A DNA stretch of 61,835 nt, from positions 1 to 61,835 of IMG/VR virus record IMGVR_UViG_3300044816_000047. The stretch is one strand, 5' to 3'. Shown here in pieces: positions 50,544-60,746 of the stretch. The notes under the pieces were generated by a model. It did no database searches, was not told the origin of the DNA, and worked only from the letters and a program-made list of their open reading frames with translations. A program made the position numbers and the translations under genes. The stretch is from a virus. Lineage: Duplodnaviria; Caudoviricetes. Position 1 is the stretch's first letter. The number at the start of each line of letters is the position of its first letter.

Positions 50544-52778
50544 ATGAGCGTGCAATTCTCAGTTGCGGTAAGAAACAGCCGTTTAGACGCGATAGAAACC
50601 TCTATCGGCACCAGCGCCGTCGTCAAAATCCGCACCGGCTCGGCACCCGCAACCTGCGCCACCGCCGATTCCGGAACGGTGCTGGCGACCTTTTCGCTGG
50701 CATCAGACTGGGCTGGCGCGGCCTCGGCTGGAGCCAAGTCATTCAGCAGCACGCCGATCTCGGCGACCGCGAGCAACACCGGCACCGCTGCGCATTATCG
50801 CATCTATGCCTCTGACGGCACCACATGCGGATCGCAGGGCACCATAACGGCGACCGGCGGCGGCGGCGACGCCACGATCGACAACACCGCGATCAACTCC
50901 GGCCAGACCGTCAATATCACCGGCTGGACGATCACGGACGGAAACGCCTAAACCATGGCGGCGACATTCCTCTACAATATGGCGCGGATGACCGTTACGG
51001 GCACGCCCGGCACGGGAACAATCACGCTTAATGCGGCGGTGTCGTCGTTCCTGACGTTTGCGCAGGCAGGCGTACCCGACGGAACCCGCGTTGCCTACAC
51101 GATCGAGGACGGCGCCAATCGAGAGAAGGGCGAGGGCGTCTACACCTCGTCAGGTACGACGCTCACGCGCGCGACGATCCGCAATTCGACCAATAGCAAT
51201 GCGGCTATCTCGGCCACGAGTGCGGCACAGGTTCTCATCGATCCGGCAGCGACCGACATCCTCAACAAGACCGGCGACACGATGACCGGCAAACTGACGA
51301 CGCTTGCAACAGCCACGGGCGCGGCGGGTTTCAATGTCCCTCACGGTACTGCGCCGACATCGCCGGTCGACGGAGATGTGTGGACCACGAGCGCTGGAGG
51401 GCTTTATGCGCGCATCAACGGCGTGACGGTCGGCCCCTATGCGGCTGGCAGCGCATCTTTTTCGCAAGTTCAAACCTCTGGTTCCATATCCGGCGGCACA
51501 ACGAACGTTGTCTTTACGAGTATCAATAGCGAAGATATCAAAGTCGTTTTCAATAACGTCGCAACGTCAGGCAGCACAACAGCCCAGATTTCAATCTCCA
51601 TTGATAACGGGTCCACCTACACGACGACTCCCATTAGTTTTGTAACAGCGGGTATCCTTAATACCGGCGGCGCTTACGGCAACGCTACATTTTCTGGTTT
51701 GAAGGCCGGCTGGGTTCAGGGGCTTGTTGGGGGTATGACAACGGTAGTTGGCAAGGATGGAGGGCTGTCCGGAGGAGTGGTCCTTACATTCAACGCAGGC
51801 GCACAGGTCAACGCCATCAAGATAACCCTGACAGGTGGCGCGACATTCTCAAGCGGCACAATTCTCCTATTTGGCCGCGGATAAAAATCTAAAGTGCTCG
51901 GCCATGGAGCAATAGGCCAGTTCGCACTCGGCCAAGGCGTCTACGTTGATACGGTAAGCGCAGCCCAAACGCTCGCGACAGTCACGCAGGCGTCAACGAT
52001 CACGGTGCTGGAGAAGATCGCATCTGCGGTCACGCTCGACACCGTAACGCAGTCAGTTAATATTCTCGGCGGCGGCGCAGTCAGCGCGAGCCAGTTCCTC
52101 GACGGCTGCACGCAGACAGCGATCGTCACGAGCGACATGTCTGTTTTGAGCGCGCAAACGTTGGCAGACGTTTCGCAGACGGCAACGATAACTGAAACGA
52201 TTGCAGTGACGTCCGGCGCGACGCTGGCGACAATCTCGCAGGCGGCGACCATCACTGCGGTTGCATCGGTAGTCTCTACCGCGACGTTGGGCACGGTTTC
52301 GCAAACCGTGACGATGACGGTACTGAGCGGATTTCTTTCAAGCGGGGCGCTTGCCAGCGTTAGTCAGGCCGCGACGTTTGTTGCTGGTGCAGCGTTCTCG
52401 GCAAACCAGACACTCAACTCCGTCATCACGATCACGCCGTGGCATCTGAGTTTTGGTGGTGCGAGCGGTAGCGCTGGAAGTGCGGGAGATGCTGGCAATC
52501 CAGCGCTCCGCAACAAGCGTCTCAAGACCGGGCTAGAGCGGGTGGTCAAGACACCACCGGCGCCGATCGAACCGCCAGAGTTTCGCGTACCGCTGCCGGC
52601 ACCAGAGTTCATCAGGACGCAGCCGACGATTGCCTACCGGCATTCATCGCCGATGGACCTGATCGACCCAAGGCTGATGCCGACCAACCTGCTCGACCTG
52701 CAACGCGAAATCCAGCAGGCGCAGGACGAGTCCGACATCGCCGCCCTCGAACAGTTCCTCGACAGCATCGAGAGTTAG
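50544..52778 (+). CDS. Three fibre/decoration-like proteins (50544-50951; 50955-51884; 51894-52778)
   Basis: RN.RLDAI...G.GGGD; TGTPGTGTITL...E.GEG.Y; MLGHGAIGQFALG start plus TLxxVSQ repeats. Confidence 0.65.
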
Positions 52779-52781
52779 ACA

Positions 52782-53153
52782 TTGAAAGACCCAGTATCCG
52801 AATTGTCGGAGAAAGCGCTGATCACGCTTTCAGCCGATCTCCAGGTGCAACTCGAAAAAGGTACGGCCTATCGCCCCGTGCTGTGGATGCTCTCGGCATC
52901 GCGCAAGCGGGCGATGAACGCGGTCACGATGATGGTGAACGTCAACCCGTCAGACTCGGACGCGGTTCGCCAGATCCAAAACGAGATCAAACTTTATCTC
53001 GATCAGATCGAAGCCTGCAAGACGCTGTTGGAGCGCGGCAAGCTCGCCGACCAGAAGATCAGCGAAGAATCACGAGACGAACTTAGCCAGATCGTCATGA
53101 GCGAGGACGACGCCCGCATGTACGGGCAACCCAACCAAGGATATGACGCATGA
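52782..53153 (+). CDS. Small protein before the scaffold
   Basis: Usual position between portal region and scaffold. Confidence 0.6.
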   Translation: MKDPVSELSEKALITLSADLQVQLEKGTAYRPVLWMLSASRKRAMNAVTMMVNVNPSDSDAVRQIQNEIKLYLDQIEACKTLLERGKLADQKISEESRDELSQIVMSEDDARMYGQPNQGYDA

Positions 53154-54376
53154 CCGTTGTTAACGAGATCACACCGGAGATGGAAGCCGCCGAGCAGGAG
53201 CGGCAGAACGAGATCGACGCGCTGACCGGAGTGGAAGATACGGGGCATGAGCGCTCGCAGGATCAGCAACTCTCCGACGAAGAACCCAATATTCCCGAGC
53301 AGCCCGCGGCAAAGAAGATCCAGCAATCCCCGGCCGATGCCGAGCGCGAGCGGATCGCCAATCGTTTCAAGCGCGGCCCGGAAGACGAGAAGCCGTTCGA
53401 CGGCGACATGACCAACGAGGAGAACCTATACGGCACGTTCGCCCAGCAGGACCTCGAACCCGATCCGGACGCACCGGAGCCGGGCGTGCCCCATGTGCAG
53501 CAGGCCGAAGCGCCAGCGCCAAAAATGGTCACGCTGAAGATTCGCGGCAAAGACGTCACCATGACCGAGGCGGAAGTTCTTGCCCGCGCGGCCAAGGTCG
53601 ACGCTGCCGATTCATACCTCGAAGAAGCTCGCGAGCTTCTGAGCGAGGCTAAACGAGTAAAGGCCGAGCGTGCTGGCCGGGACCCTCAACACCCCGAGGG
53701 GCGATCAAGCACGCAAGACGACGGACAGGATATTGACCCCCTCAGTGATCCACAACACCCCGTGGATGACATCGAGGCTGTGGTTGAAAAAATCCAGTTC
53801 GGCGACCCGAAGGAGGCTGCACGCGATCTCCGGCAAGTCATTGCCACGGAGTCCCAACGGCAGGCTAACGAAGGCCATCTGCAACGGCTGGTCAGTAACG
53901 ACCTCGCTATCGCACAGAAGGCACTCGCCGACTTCACGGCCGCAAACCCTCACATTGCGAATGACCCCGATGCTTCTGTGATGATGGAAAACCGCATCTA
54001 CAGCATCTATCGCGACGAAATCGCAAAGCTGGGGGTCGATGAAGCGAAGATCCCGAAAGACCCGAGATCACTTGCCGATTGGCACCGCTGGTATCGGATT
54101 CATGGGGACAACGTGTCCAAGCCTGCCGATCTGCTTATTCAAGCAGGGAAGCATGTCGAGAGCAGGTTGTTCGCTTCAACCACCAAGCAAGCTGCAAAGC
54201 CAAAGGTCGCCGGCCGCGTCGAAGTCAACGTCGACCGGACCGAACGCCGCGCAGCTATCCCAAATCAACCCACTCGCGCCGTCGCTCCGCGACGCGACGC
54301 CGTAGCAGCGCCCGTTCAAAACCCGCGATCTGCTGCCGTCGCCGAAATGCGGAAGGCACGCGGTCAGTCTGTCTGA
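53150..54376 (+). CDS. Capsid scaffolding protein
   Basis: Acidic, VTLKIRGKD motif, helical, basic C-terminus (MRKARGQ), directly before the capsid gene. Confidence 0.75.
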   Translation: MTVVNEITPEMEAAEQERQNEIDALTGVEDTGHERSQDQQLSDEEPNIPEQPAAKKIQQSPADAERERIANRFKRGPEDEKPFDGDMTNEENLYGTFAQQDLEPDPDAPEPGVPHVQQAEAPAPKMVTLKIRGKDVTMTEAEVLARAAKVDAADSYLEEARELLSEAKRVKAERAGRDPQHPEGRSSTQDDGQDIDPLSDPQHPVDDIEAVVEKIQFGDPKEAARDLRQVIATESQRQANEGHLQRLVSNDLAIAQKALADFTAANPHIANDPDASVMMENRIYSIYRDEIAKLGVDEAKIPKDPRSLADWHRWYRIHGDNVSKPADLLIQAGKHVESRLFASTTKQAAKPKVAGRVEVNVDRTERRAAIPNQPTRAVAPRRDAVAAPVQNPRSAAVAEMRKARGQSV

Positions 54377-54412
54377 TCGCGCTGAGCGCATCACCTCAGA
54401 AGGAATATCACT

Positions 54413-57036
54413 ATGACCGGCCAAGTCTGGGCGGTTGCTACCGAAGGCGGCTATCTCTACAGCGACGAGCTGTCGACCTATCTCCGCAAGCAGGTGCAGC
54501 CCCTCACCAAGTTCCGCCAGTTGTGCGACGCCAAGGACGGCACTGAAAAGGGCCTCAACCGCGGCGATAAGTTCAACTGGAACGTCTATTCGAACGTCGG
54601 CACCCAGGGTCGCCGGCTGTCGGAAAATACGACGATGCCTGAGACCGGCTTCACTGTACTCCAGCATCAGCTTACTGTGAACGAAGCAGGCAACTCGGTT
54701 CATTAAGGGAGCCGCTTCTTTTTTGTGTGTCCTTTATGCTCCAGCCAATGACACGGCCGGCATAAAGTTTCTACGTTCTCATCATCAAATATCCGGCCTC
54801 TGTTTTTCTTGACCGGTTCAATGTGATGAACGTGATGCATCGTTGGATCAGCATCGTTCCACGGAAGACCGCACTTAGTACACTTTCTTCCGTCGCGATC
54901 GAGAATAGCATCTCGAAATTTGCCCCATACTTTGCTTGCGAAGCGACTTCGGCGTCTATGTCCGAATTTGTTTGAGAACTCTACGTGATCGAAAGACGGA
55001 TCAAACCAATCTGGATTTTGATCTTCGCGCCAATTCCAGTGTTCGTTTCCGTCCTGGAATCCCATGCGCTCAAGCGACGGATGATCGCCCTTCTTCTTTC
55101 CTGCATTCCACGCCGGCATTTTGCCGGTTTGAGTTTTGCGGCAATTGGGGTGATGGCCGCGCTTGTATTCTGGAATGAACAGATCACCCCCACCTTTGGG
55201 GTATTTGGCAAAAGCAAGGAATCGCTGACCGCACCCGCACTTGCAGGTTACGGAATAGCGTTCTCCGAACTTAATTTCTGGAATAAGCATATGGCGTTAG
55301 TAGCACGATACACACAGGAAAGCAAGAAAACCGCGTGAAACGGGGAAACTCTCTCTGAGACAATCCCGTAGGAAGCCGCCGAGGGCCTTTGGTTCGGCGG
55401 AACCTCTAACGACTAGGCAGTGAGTCCCAACAATAATCTGCCCACGAGCGCGCGGCGCGAAAGCGAAAAGATAGTCTGACCTCACGGGCGACCGTGAGAA
55501 TGCTGCGGATAAAGAGCCGCAGTGAAGAACAAGTGTCCCTACACCGGCAAGCTCTCTGCCCTCGCCAAGCAGGACGTCATCGCGATCATCGACCAGACCT
55601 TGAAGGACGATGCCCGCAAATACTTCGACATCGAGGCTTACTTGCAGTTCAAGTCGACCCCGCTCCGGTTCGCGCCGGCCTCGGGCAACTCCGCGACTGC
55701 GATCACTCTCGATACCACGGTCCAGTGCACGACCACCAACAACCTCGCGCTGGGCACCGGTCACATCAAGGCGATCGGCGACACCATGAAAGAGCGAAAT
55801 ATTGCTCCGTATATCATGGACGATTACGTTTCGATCTCCCACCCGTCGACGTATCGCGGCTTCAAAAATTCTTTGGAGACGCTTCATCAATACACGGAAA
55901 CCGGCATCGCCCATATTTTTAACGGCGAAATCGGAAGGTACGAGAGTTTCCGCTTCGTCGAGCAGACCTTCATCCCGAAGGGCGGCGCCTATGACTCGAC
56001 CACCTACGATCCGTGGAGCGGCACTGCCGACGCCTGGAACAATGCCCTCTCGTCTTGGGCATTCATGATGGGCGCCGACACCGTGGCCGAAGCGGTCTGC
56101 GTTCCGGAAGAAGTTCGGGCGAAGATCCCCGGCGACTTCGGCCGTTCGCGCGGCATCGCTTGGTACTACCTGGGTAAACAAATCTGCCCCGTCGTCGCGG
56201 AAGCGGCGAATGATAACATCGTGAACTCAGAGGAAGTCCTCGCGGCTTAATGCCGTCGCAAGGATTATTCTGATCCAAGCCTCCTGAAAGGGAGGAAGGA
56301 GCAACGACCATCCCTGAGAGGGGAGTAGGGCCAAGTGGCCCGAAGCGCGATGCACCTGACGGCTAAGACGCCAAGGTGATGATATGGTCTGAACTCACAG
56401 GTAACTGTGAGCAGTTTTGCTTCCTTCTGGAAGTTGGTAATAGACCGTGGCATACTGTAGTCATGGAAAACATCATCTTACAGAGGTTTAACGCCAAGTG
56501 GCGCTTAGACAAAAGGTCTGGTTGCTGGAACTGGACTGCATCGACGGCCGGAAAAGGCTACGGGCAGTTTAGAATTCCCGGCACTCGGAAAAACATCTAT
56601 GCGCACCGATTGTCCTACGAGATACACAAGGGTCCGATCCCGGAAGGGATTTTGGTTCTTCACTCCTGTGATAACCCCCGATGTGTGAACCCCGATCATC
56701 TCTCTCTTGGAGATAGCGGCGACAATCTCAAGGACATGGCAGCGAAGGGACGGCATCTGTTCGGAGAGCTAAACGCGCAAGCGAAGCTCACCGGGCGAAA
56801 AGTTCATGCCATCCACGACGCTGCGGCAAGAGGATCAACGCAAAAGCAAATCGCTGAAAGGTTCGGAGTTGGTCAAATGACCATCTGCCGGATACTTCGC
56901 GGCGAGCGCTGGCGTCACATCTTCGAAGCAAGACGGCGAGAGAAGTAACGCACTCTCGTGAACATGATTGGGATTCGGCATCGTCCACCCGGATGCGACC
57001 AACGCCCGCATCTGCATGTGGGACTCCGCGGCTTGA
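54413..57036 (+). CDS. Major capsid protein (N4 gp56-like), join(54413..54699,55536..56175,56971..57036), 330 aa
   Basis: Splicing restores NEAGNSV-PYTGKL and GIAWYYLG-GFGIVH in one frame (993 nt). Confidence 0.9.
54703..55290 (-). CDS. Intron-encoded HNH endonuclease, antisense to intron 1
   Basis: CKCGCG, AWNAGKK (NUMOD-like), ILDRDGRKCTKCG...HVHHI...NVETLCRPCH..EH. Confidence 0.88.
   Translation of the reverse strand: MLIPEIKFGERYSVTCKCGCGQRFLAFAKYPKGGGDLFIPEYKRGHHPNCRKTQTGKMPAWNAGKKKGDHPSLERMGFQDGNEHWNWREDQNPDWFDPSFDHVEFSNKFGHRRRSRFASKVWGKFRDAILDRDGRKCTKCGLPWNDADPTMHHVHHIEPVKKNRGRIFDDENVETLCRPCHWLEHKGHTKKKRLP
55291..55325 (-). promoter_or_regulatory. Promoter for a leaderless antisense HNH mRNA
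   Basis: TTGCTT-N17-TACTAA with a TG extension, ending 6 nt before ATG 55290; no SD. Confidence 0.55.
56176..56970 (+). ncRNA. Group I intron 2 (795 nt)
   Basis: P1 GGGU/GCCC with U56175-G56186; P10 AAUCU/GGAUU; P3 56217-56223/56346-56352; P7 GACCA 56306/UGGUC 56385; P9 GUAA tetraloop; terminal G56970. Confidence 0.92.
56463..56948 (+). CDS. Intron-encoded HNH homing endonuclease (in the P9 region of intron 2)
   Basis: GCWNWT..GYG..AHRLSYE..VLHSCDNPRCVNPDHL..DN..DM; C-terminal HTH; extended -10 TGgCATACT 6 nt upstream. Confidence 0.9.
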   Translation: MENIILQRFNAKWRLDKRSGCWNWTASTAGKGYGQFRIPGTRKNIYAHRLSYEIHKGPIPEGILVLHSCDNPRCVNPDHLSLGDSGDNLKDMAAKGRHLFGELNAQAKLTGRKVHAIHDAAARGSTQKQIAERFGVGQMTICRILRGERWRHIFEARRREK

Positions 57037-57062
57037 TGCGTATCAATATGTGAGGCGAGCAC

Positions 57063-57512
57063 ATGCCCGCTTCACGTCCAACCGAAATCCGCTTTGCGGA
57101 AAAGTATCGCGTCAACCTGAATACGGGCTGCTGGGATTGGACCGGCTCAAAGTCTCGCGGATATGGATACATCCGCGAGGCGCGAGGCGGGATGCTTCTG
57201 GCCCACAAGTTCTCCTATGAACATCACATTGCTTGCGTTCCGGCGGGTAAAATCGTTCGGCACTCTTGCAACAACAGCGTTTGTGTAAATCCAGATCATC
57301 TTCGGATCGGGACGCATGCAGACAACATGATTGATATGGCGATGGCCGGAACCCGAAAGGGGAAAAGCGGCGAGCGCACGTATCTATCAGATGATCAGCG
57401 GGAACTTGTTGTTGATGATCTTGGTAACGGGAAAACCGTTTCCGAGGTTGCTCGTGCGTATCAGGTCGACCGCAAAACCATCCGCAATATTCGCAACACC
57501 TATTGGGTCTGA
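57063..57512 (+). CDS. Free-standing HNH endonuclease, paralog of the intron 2 enzyme
   Basis: GCWDWT..GYG..AHKFSYE..VRHSCNNSVCVNPDHL..DN..DM; HTH. Confidence 0.9.
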   Translation: MPASRPTEIRFAEKYRVNLNTGCWDWTGSKSRGYGYIREARGGMLLAHKFSYEHHIACVPAGKIVRHSCNNSVCVNPDHLRIGTHADNMIDMAMAGTRKGKSGERTYLSDDQRELVVDDLGNGKTVSEVARAYQVDRKTIRNIRNTYWV

Positions 57513-57527
57513 AAGGACACCACTAAA

Positions 57528-57992
57528 ATGAGCTACGATATCCCGTCTCTGAGGGAGGTTTACTACCTTCCTTCCAGCGCGTATGGCGCGACTACCGCGT
57601 CCAAGACCATCATGGGTCCGAAAGGCAAGAAGGGCATTGTCACCGACATTGTTGTTCTGCTTTCAGCGGACAACGTTGGCACCACCACGGTCCCGGAGGT
57701 CACTGTCGGTTCGGCTGCGGGTCTTGTCGAGTATGCCCGCTTCCGTCTCGGCACCACTGCGACGGCCGGTTATGCCGCAGCCAATACACCGTTCCGCGCT
57801 CGCGCGCTGACGGCAACGGCGCAGGGCAACACCGGCGGCGTTGTGCCGACGTTGGTCGATTTCGCGGGGCACGTTCTCCTCGAAACCGCATCGATCCCGG
57901 CGGACACCGCGATCGTCATCAGCGGCAAGGCTGGCGTCGGCGGCACTCCCGCCGGCACCTTTGAAGCCTACGTTCACGTCCGTTGGGACTAA
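57528..57992 (+). CDS. Capsid-associated/decoration protein (putative)
   Basis: Beta-rich, T/G/A-rich, SD aagga, first structural gene after the capsid. Confidence 0.6.
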   Translation: MSYDIPSLREVYYLPSSAYGATTASKTIMGPKGKKGIVTDIVVLLSADNVGTTTVPEVTVGSAAGLVEYARFRLGTTATAGYAAANTPFRARALTATAQGNTGGVVPTLVDFAGHVLLETASIPADTAIVISGKAGVGGTPAGTFEAYVHVRWD

Positions 57993-58002
57993 CGACATCG
58001 CT

Positions 58003-58024
58003 CGGCGGCGCTTCGGCGCCGCCG
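58003..58024 (+). other. 9-bp GC stem with cUUCGg tetraloop
   Basis: cggcggcgc-ttcg-gcgccgccg after the capsid/decoration genes; no U-tract, so more likely a stability or processing element. Confidence 0.55.
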
Positions 58025-58049
58025 CCTGCACTCTGACAAGGGTCTCCCA

Positions 58050-59052
58050 ATGTCTGGTTTCTTCCCCTACGGCGGTTACTACAGTGGCAATGGCCACGCC
58101 CGCCGAAACGAGCCGGTGTGCGTTCCTGCCAGCAACCCGTTGCCTGCCAATAAAATGGCTTGCGACACGGGAAATGCTGGTGCGGACGGTTACACCGTGC
58201 TTTCCCGCGCAGATCGCGACAGCGATATGCGTCCAATCGCGGGCACTTCCGAACCGGAAGGTCCCCGCATGAGCGAGGATAATTGATATGGCAAGTGGCG
58301 AAAAGTCTGGCGGCGTCTTTACCGGCAATTCGACCGGCAAAGGCGCTTCGGCTGGCGTGAAGATCGAGAACAAGTCGGGCATGAAGATGGTTTCTTCGTA
58401 CCCGCAGGACAACGTGCATGGCGTTGATCTTCCCAATACGATGGGCGGATCGATGGCCGGCAGCGACACCAACCTCAGCCATTCGTTGAAGGGCGCCAGC
58501 GCCGTTCAGCGCGGGTCGGGCGGTGGCGGCAAGACCGAGCGGTCGGGCATCTAATTCATGTCCGAATCGAAAGTGCGTATGGACCGTGGCAAGGTTTTCG
58601 CCACGGTCCATGGTGAACGGGCGCCGGGCGATAGGCATGCGGCTGTTCATTATTTCCAGGATGGGCTTCCGTTTGATGTCGGCGGCTACCTGATCCCCGA
58701 TCACCCCGACCTGATGGGCGACGACCCCAAGGCGAAGAAGTTGCGCGAGCTTGCCGAGCGCAAGATCAAGAGGGCGGAAAAGGCGGCAAAGGAAAAGCCC
58801 GCAGCCAAGTCCGACGATGACGCTGATGGCGAAGATGCCGAAGCTGAATCGGACGATAGAGATGAGGAAGTCAACCTCGAAGCATGGGCTCGCGGCGAAA
58901 AAGATTATCAATGGCTCGACATCACCCAGACCATCGCGCGCCGCTACAACAAGCGCGTGAAGGACAAGGAAGCCGCCCTTGATCTATTGATCGAGGAGAA
59001 GGTCGTTACGGTGGACGATCTTCCGCCTCACTTCCGAAAACTGATCAAGTAA
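58050..59052 (+). CDS. Three small head-region proteins (58050-58286; 58288-58554; 58558-59052)
   Basis: Contiguous co-oriented ORFs. Confidence 0.6.
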
Positions 59053-59053
59053 C

Positions 59054-59947
59054 ATGGCGATGACCTACACGACCCTCGTCGGGACAAAAACCGACGCGGG
59101 TTCGATCATGAACTGGTCGAACTACACCAAGCTCGACGCGGCCACGGTTTTAGACGAGGCCCAAAGCCTTCTCTACTCCGTGCTGCGCGTGCGGGAGATG
59201 AGGACTGAGTGGGTCTTCGGCATGGTTGTGGGACAGTCGGAGATCCCATTGCCGGCGCGGTTTCTCGATCCGATCGGGAAGCTGTACGATATCACGAACA
59301 GCTACCCCTACGACCACCGCATCGAGACTGATATTCAGGCTTATCGGTCTTACGATACCTCGCTCGGTGGAACGCTCGGAGCCAATCCGTTCACGACGGC
59401 CTCCGGCCTGACGACGGTCACGGTGCATTCCGTGGCGCATACGCTGACGCAGGGTTCCACGTTCACGGCAGCAGGAGCAACCGCAACCGGCGGGCTCACG
59501 CTAAATGGAACGTGGCCGGTCACAAGCATTACGGACGCGGACAATTTCGTGATCGACACGGTGGATACCGCGGCGACCTCGACCGCGACCGGCGGCGGGT
59601 CTGCGGTCACGTTTACCGCCAACCAGTTGATTTCCGGTTCTCCGTCGATCTGGACCATCTTCGATGAGAAGGTCAAGTTTGACGTCGCGTTCGAGACCGC
59701 AGCCCAATTCAAGCAATTGTATTACCGAGCGCCGACGCTGCTTTCGTCGACCAACACCTCGAACTGGCTGACCAACCGCTACCCGAAATTGATGCGGGTG
59801 GCCTGTCTTGCGGCTGCCGCCGAGTACATGAAGGACACCGAAGAGTATCAGAAGCAGATTCAGGCGCTCAATGCCTTGGCTCATTCCGTCGCAGTCGAGA
59901 ATGACATGGGCTATCGCGGCATGGAATTCGGAACGGATACACCCTAA
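59054..59947 (+). CDS. Head-tail adaptor with an inserted beta domain
   Basis: MTYTTL...EAQ...LRVREM...LPARFL...YYR...TSNWLTNRYP..L..AAEYMKD; insert GANPFTT...H...G. Confidence 0.75.
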   Translation: MAMTYTTLVGTKTDAGSIMNWSNYTKLDAATVLDEAQSLLYSVLRVREMRTEWVFGMVVGQSEIPLPARFLDPIGKLYDITNSYPYDHRIETDIQAYRSYDTSLGGTLGANPFTTASGLTTVTVHSVAHTLTQGSTFTAAGATATGGLTLNGTWPVTSITDADNFVIDTVDTAATSTATGGGSAVTFTANQLISGSPSIWTIFDEKVKFDVAFETAAQFKQLYYRAPTLLSSTNTSNWLTNRYPKLMRVACLAAAAEYMKDTEEYQKQIQALNALAHSVAVENDMGYRGMEFGTDTP

Positions 59948-60746
59948 TGGCGCTCGACACCCTATCGCCGATCCTTCAACTGACGCTGATGGCCACAGGC
60001 AACGATACCGATACCTGGGGCGGCATCATCAACAACAACTTCATTCTGAAGGTCGAGAACGCGATTGCTGGAAAGACCAGCCTCACCGTGACCGGCGGAA
60101 CCACGGCGCTGACCACGGCGCAGCGGATGAATGGCGTCATCGACATTCGCGGGACGCTGACAAGCAACGTGCTGATCACGGACGCCTTCGGGTTTCCGAT
60201 GCGTTGGGTCGTTTATAACGGCTGCACGCTTGGCGGGTTCACCGTCAGCATGTCGGCATCCTATGATGCCACGCCAGGAACTCCCGCCGTCATTTCAACC
60301 GGGCTGCATCTTGTTTATGGCGACGGCCAGCGCGCGGTTTTCGTGCTGTGAGTGACGACACGTTCTCTCCGCATTTTGGCTGGCGCTTGCAGGCGTACAA
60401 CAACAACATCAACAACTGGATCAACCAACTCAATACCGTCGGCCGGCAGATGGAGATTGCGACGTCCGGCGGGCAACTCGGCACTGCTCGGTACGGCACG
60501 ATTGACACTTCGCTTGCGAGCTACAGCGGTCTGATCGACTTTGCCAATTACACGCAACAGGACGGCGGGACGGCCTTGGCGCTGCTGTTCGATAGCACGG
60601 TTCCGGTGCACTACATCTACAACCGGTTTTTCAGTCTGGGCCTGACGATCCGCGTCGGACACGTTGATGCTTTTGCTGGCGATACGCTGCACGCCGGGTT
60701 GAACATCGTCTATATCGACGACAATAAAGTCACGCACATCCTTTAA
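59947..60746 (+). CDS. Two short paralog-like tail proteins (59947-60351; 60348-60746)
   Basis: Both begin DT.SP...L...N...W...N; resemble tail-fibre N-terminal domains. Confidence 0.6.

Larger units (their letters stand above)
54700..55535 (+). ncRNA. Group I intron 1 (836 nt)
   Basis: P1 with U54699-G54711 wobble; P10 AGGGA/UCCCU; P3 55331-55337/55449-55455; P7 GACUA 55411/UAGUC 55472; P9 GCGA tetraloop; terminal G55535. Confidence 0.92.

Noticed and set aside
54413-56250. Capsid pseudogene, frameshift or two separate capsid genes
   Set aside because: Complete group I intron structures explain both breaks and restore one frame.
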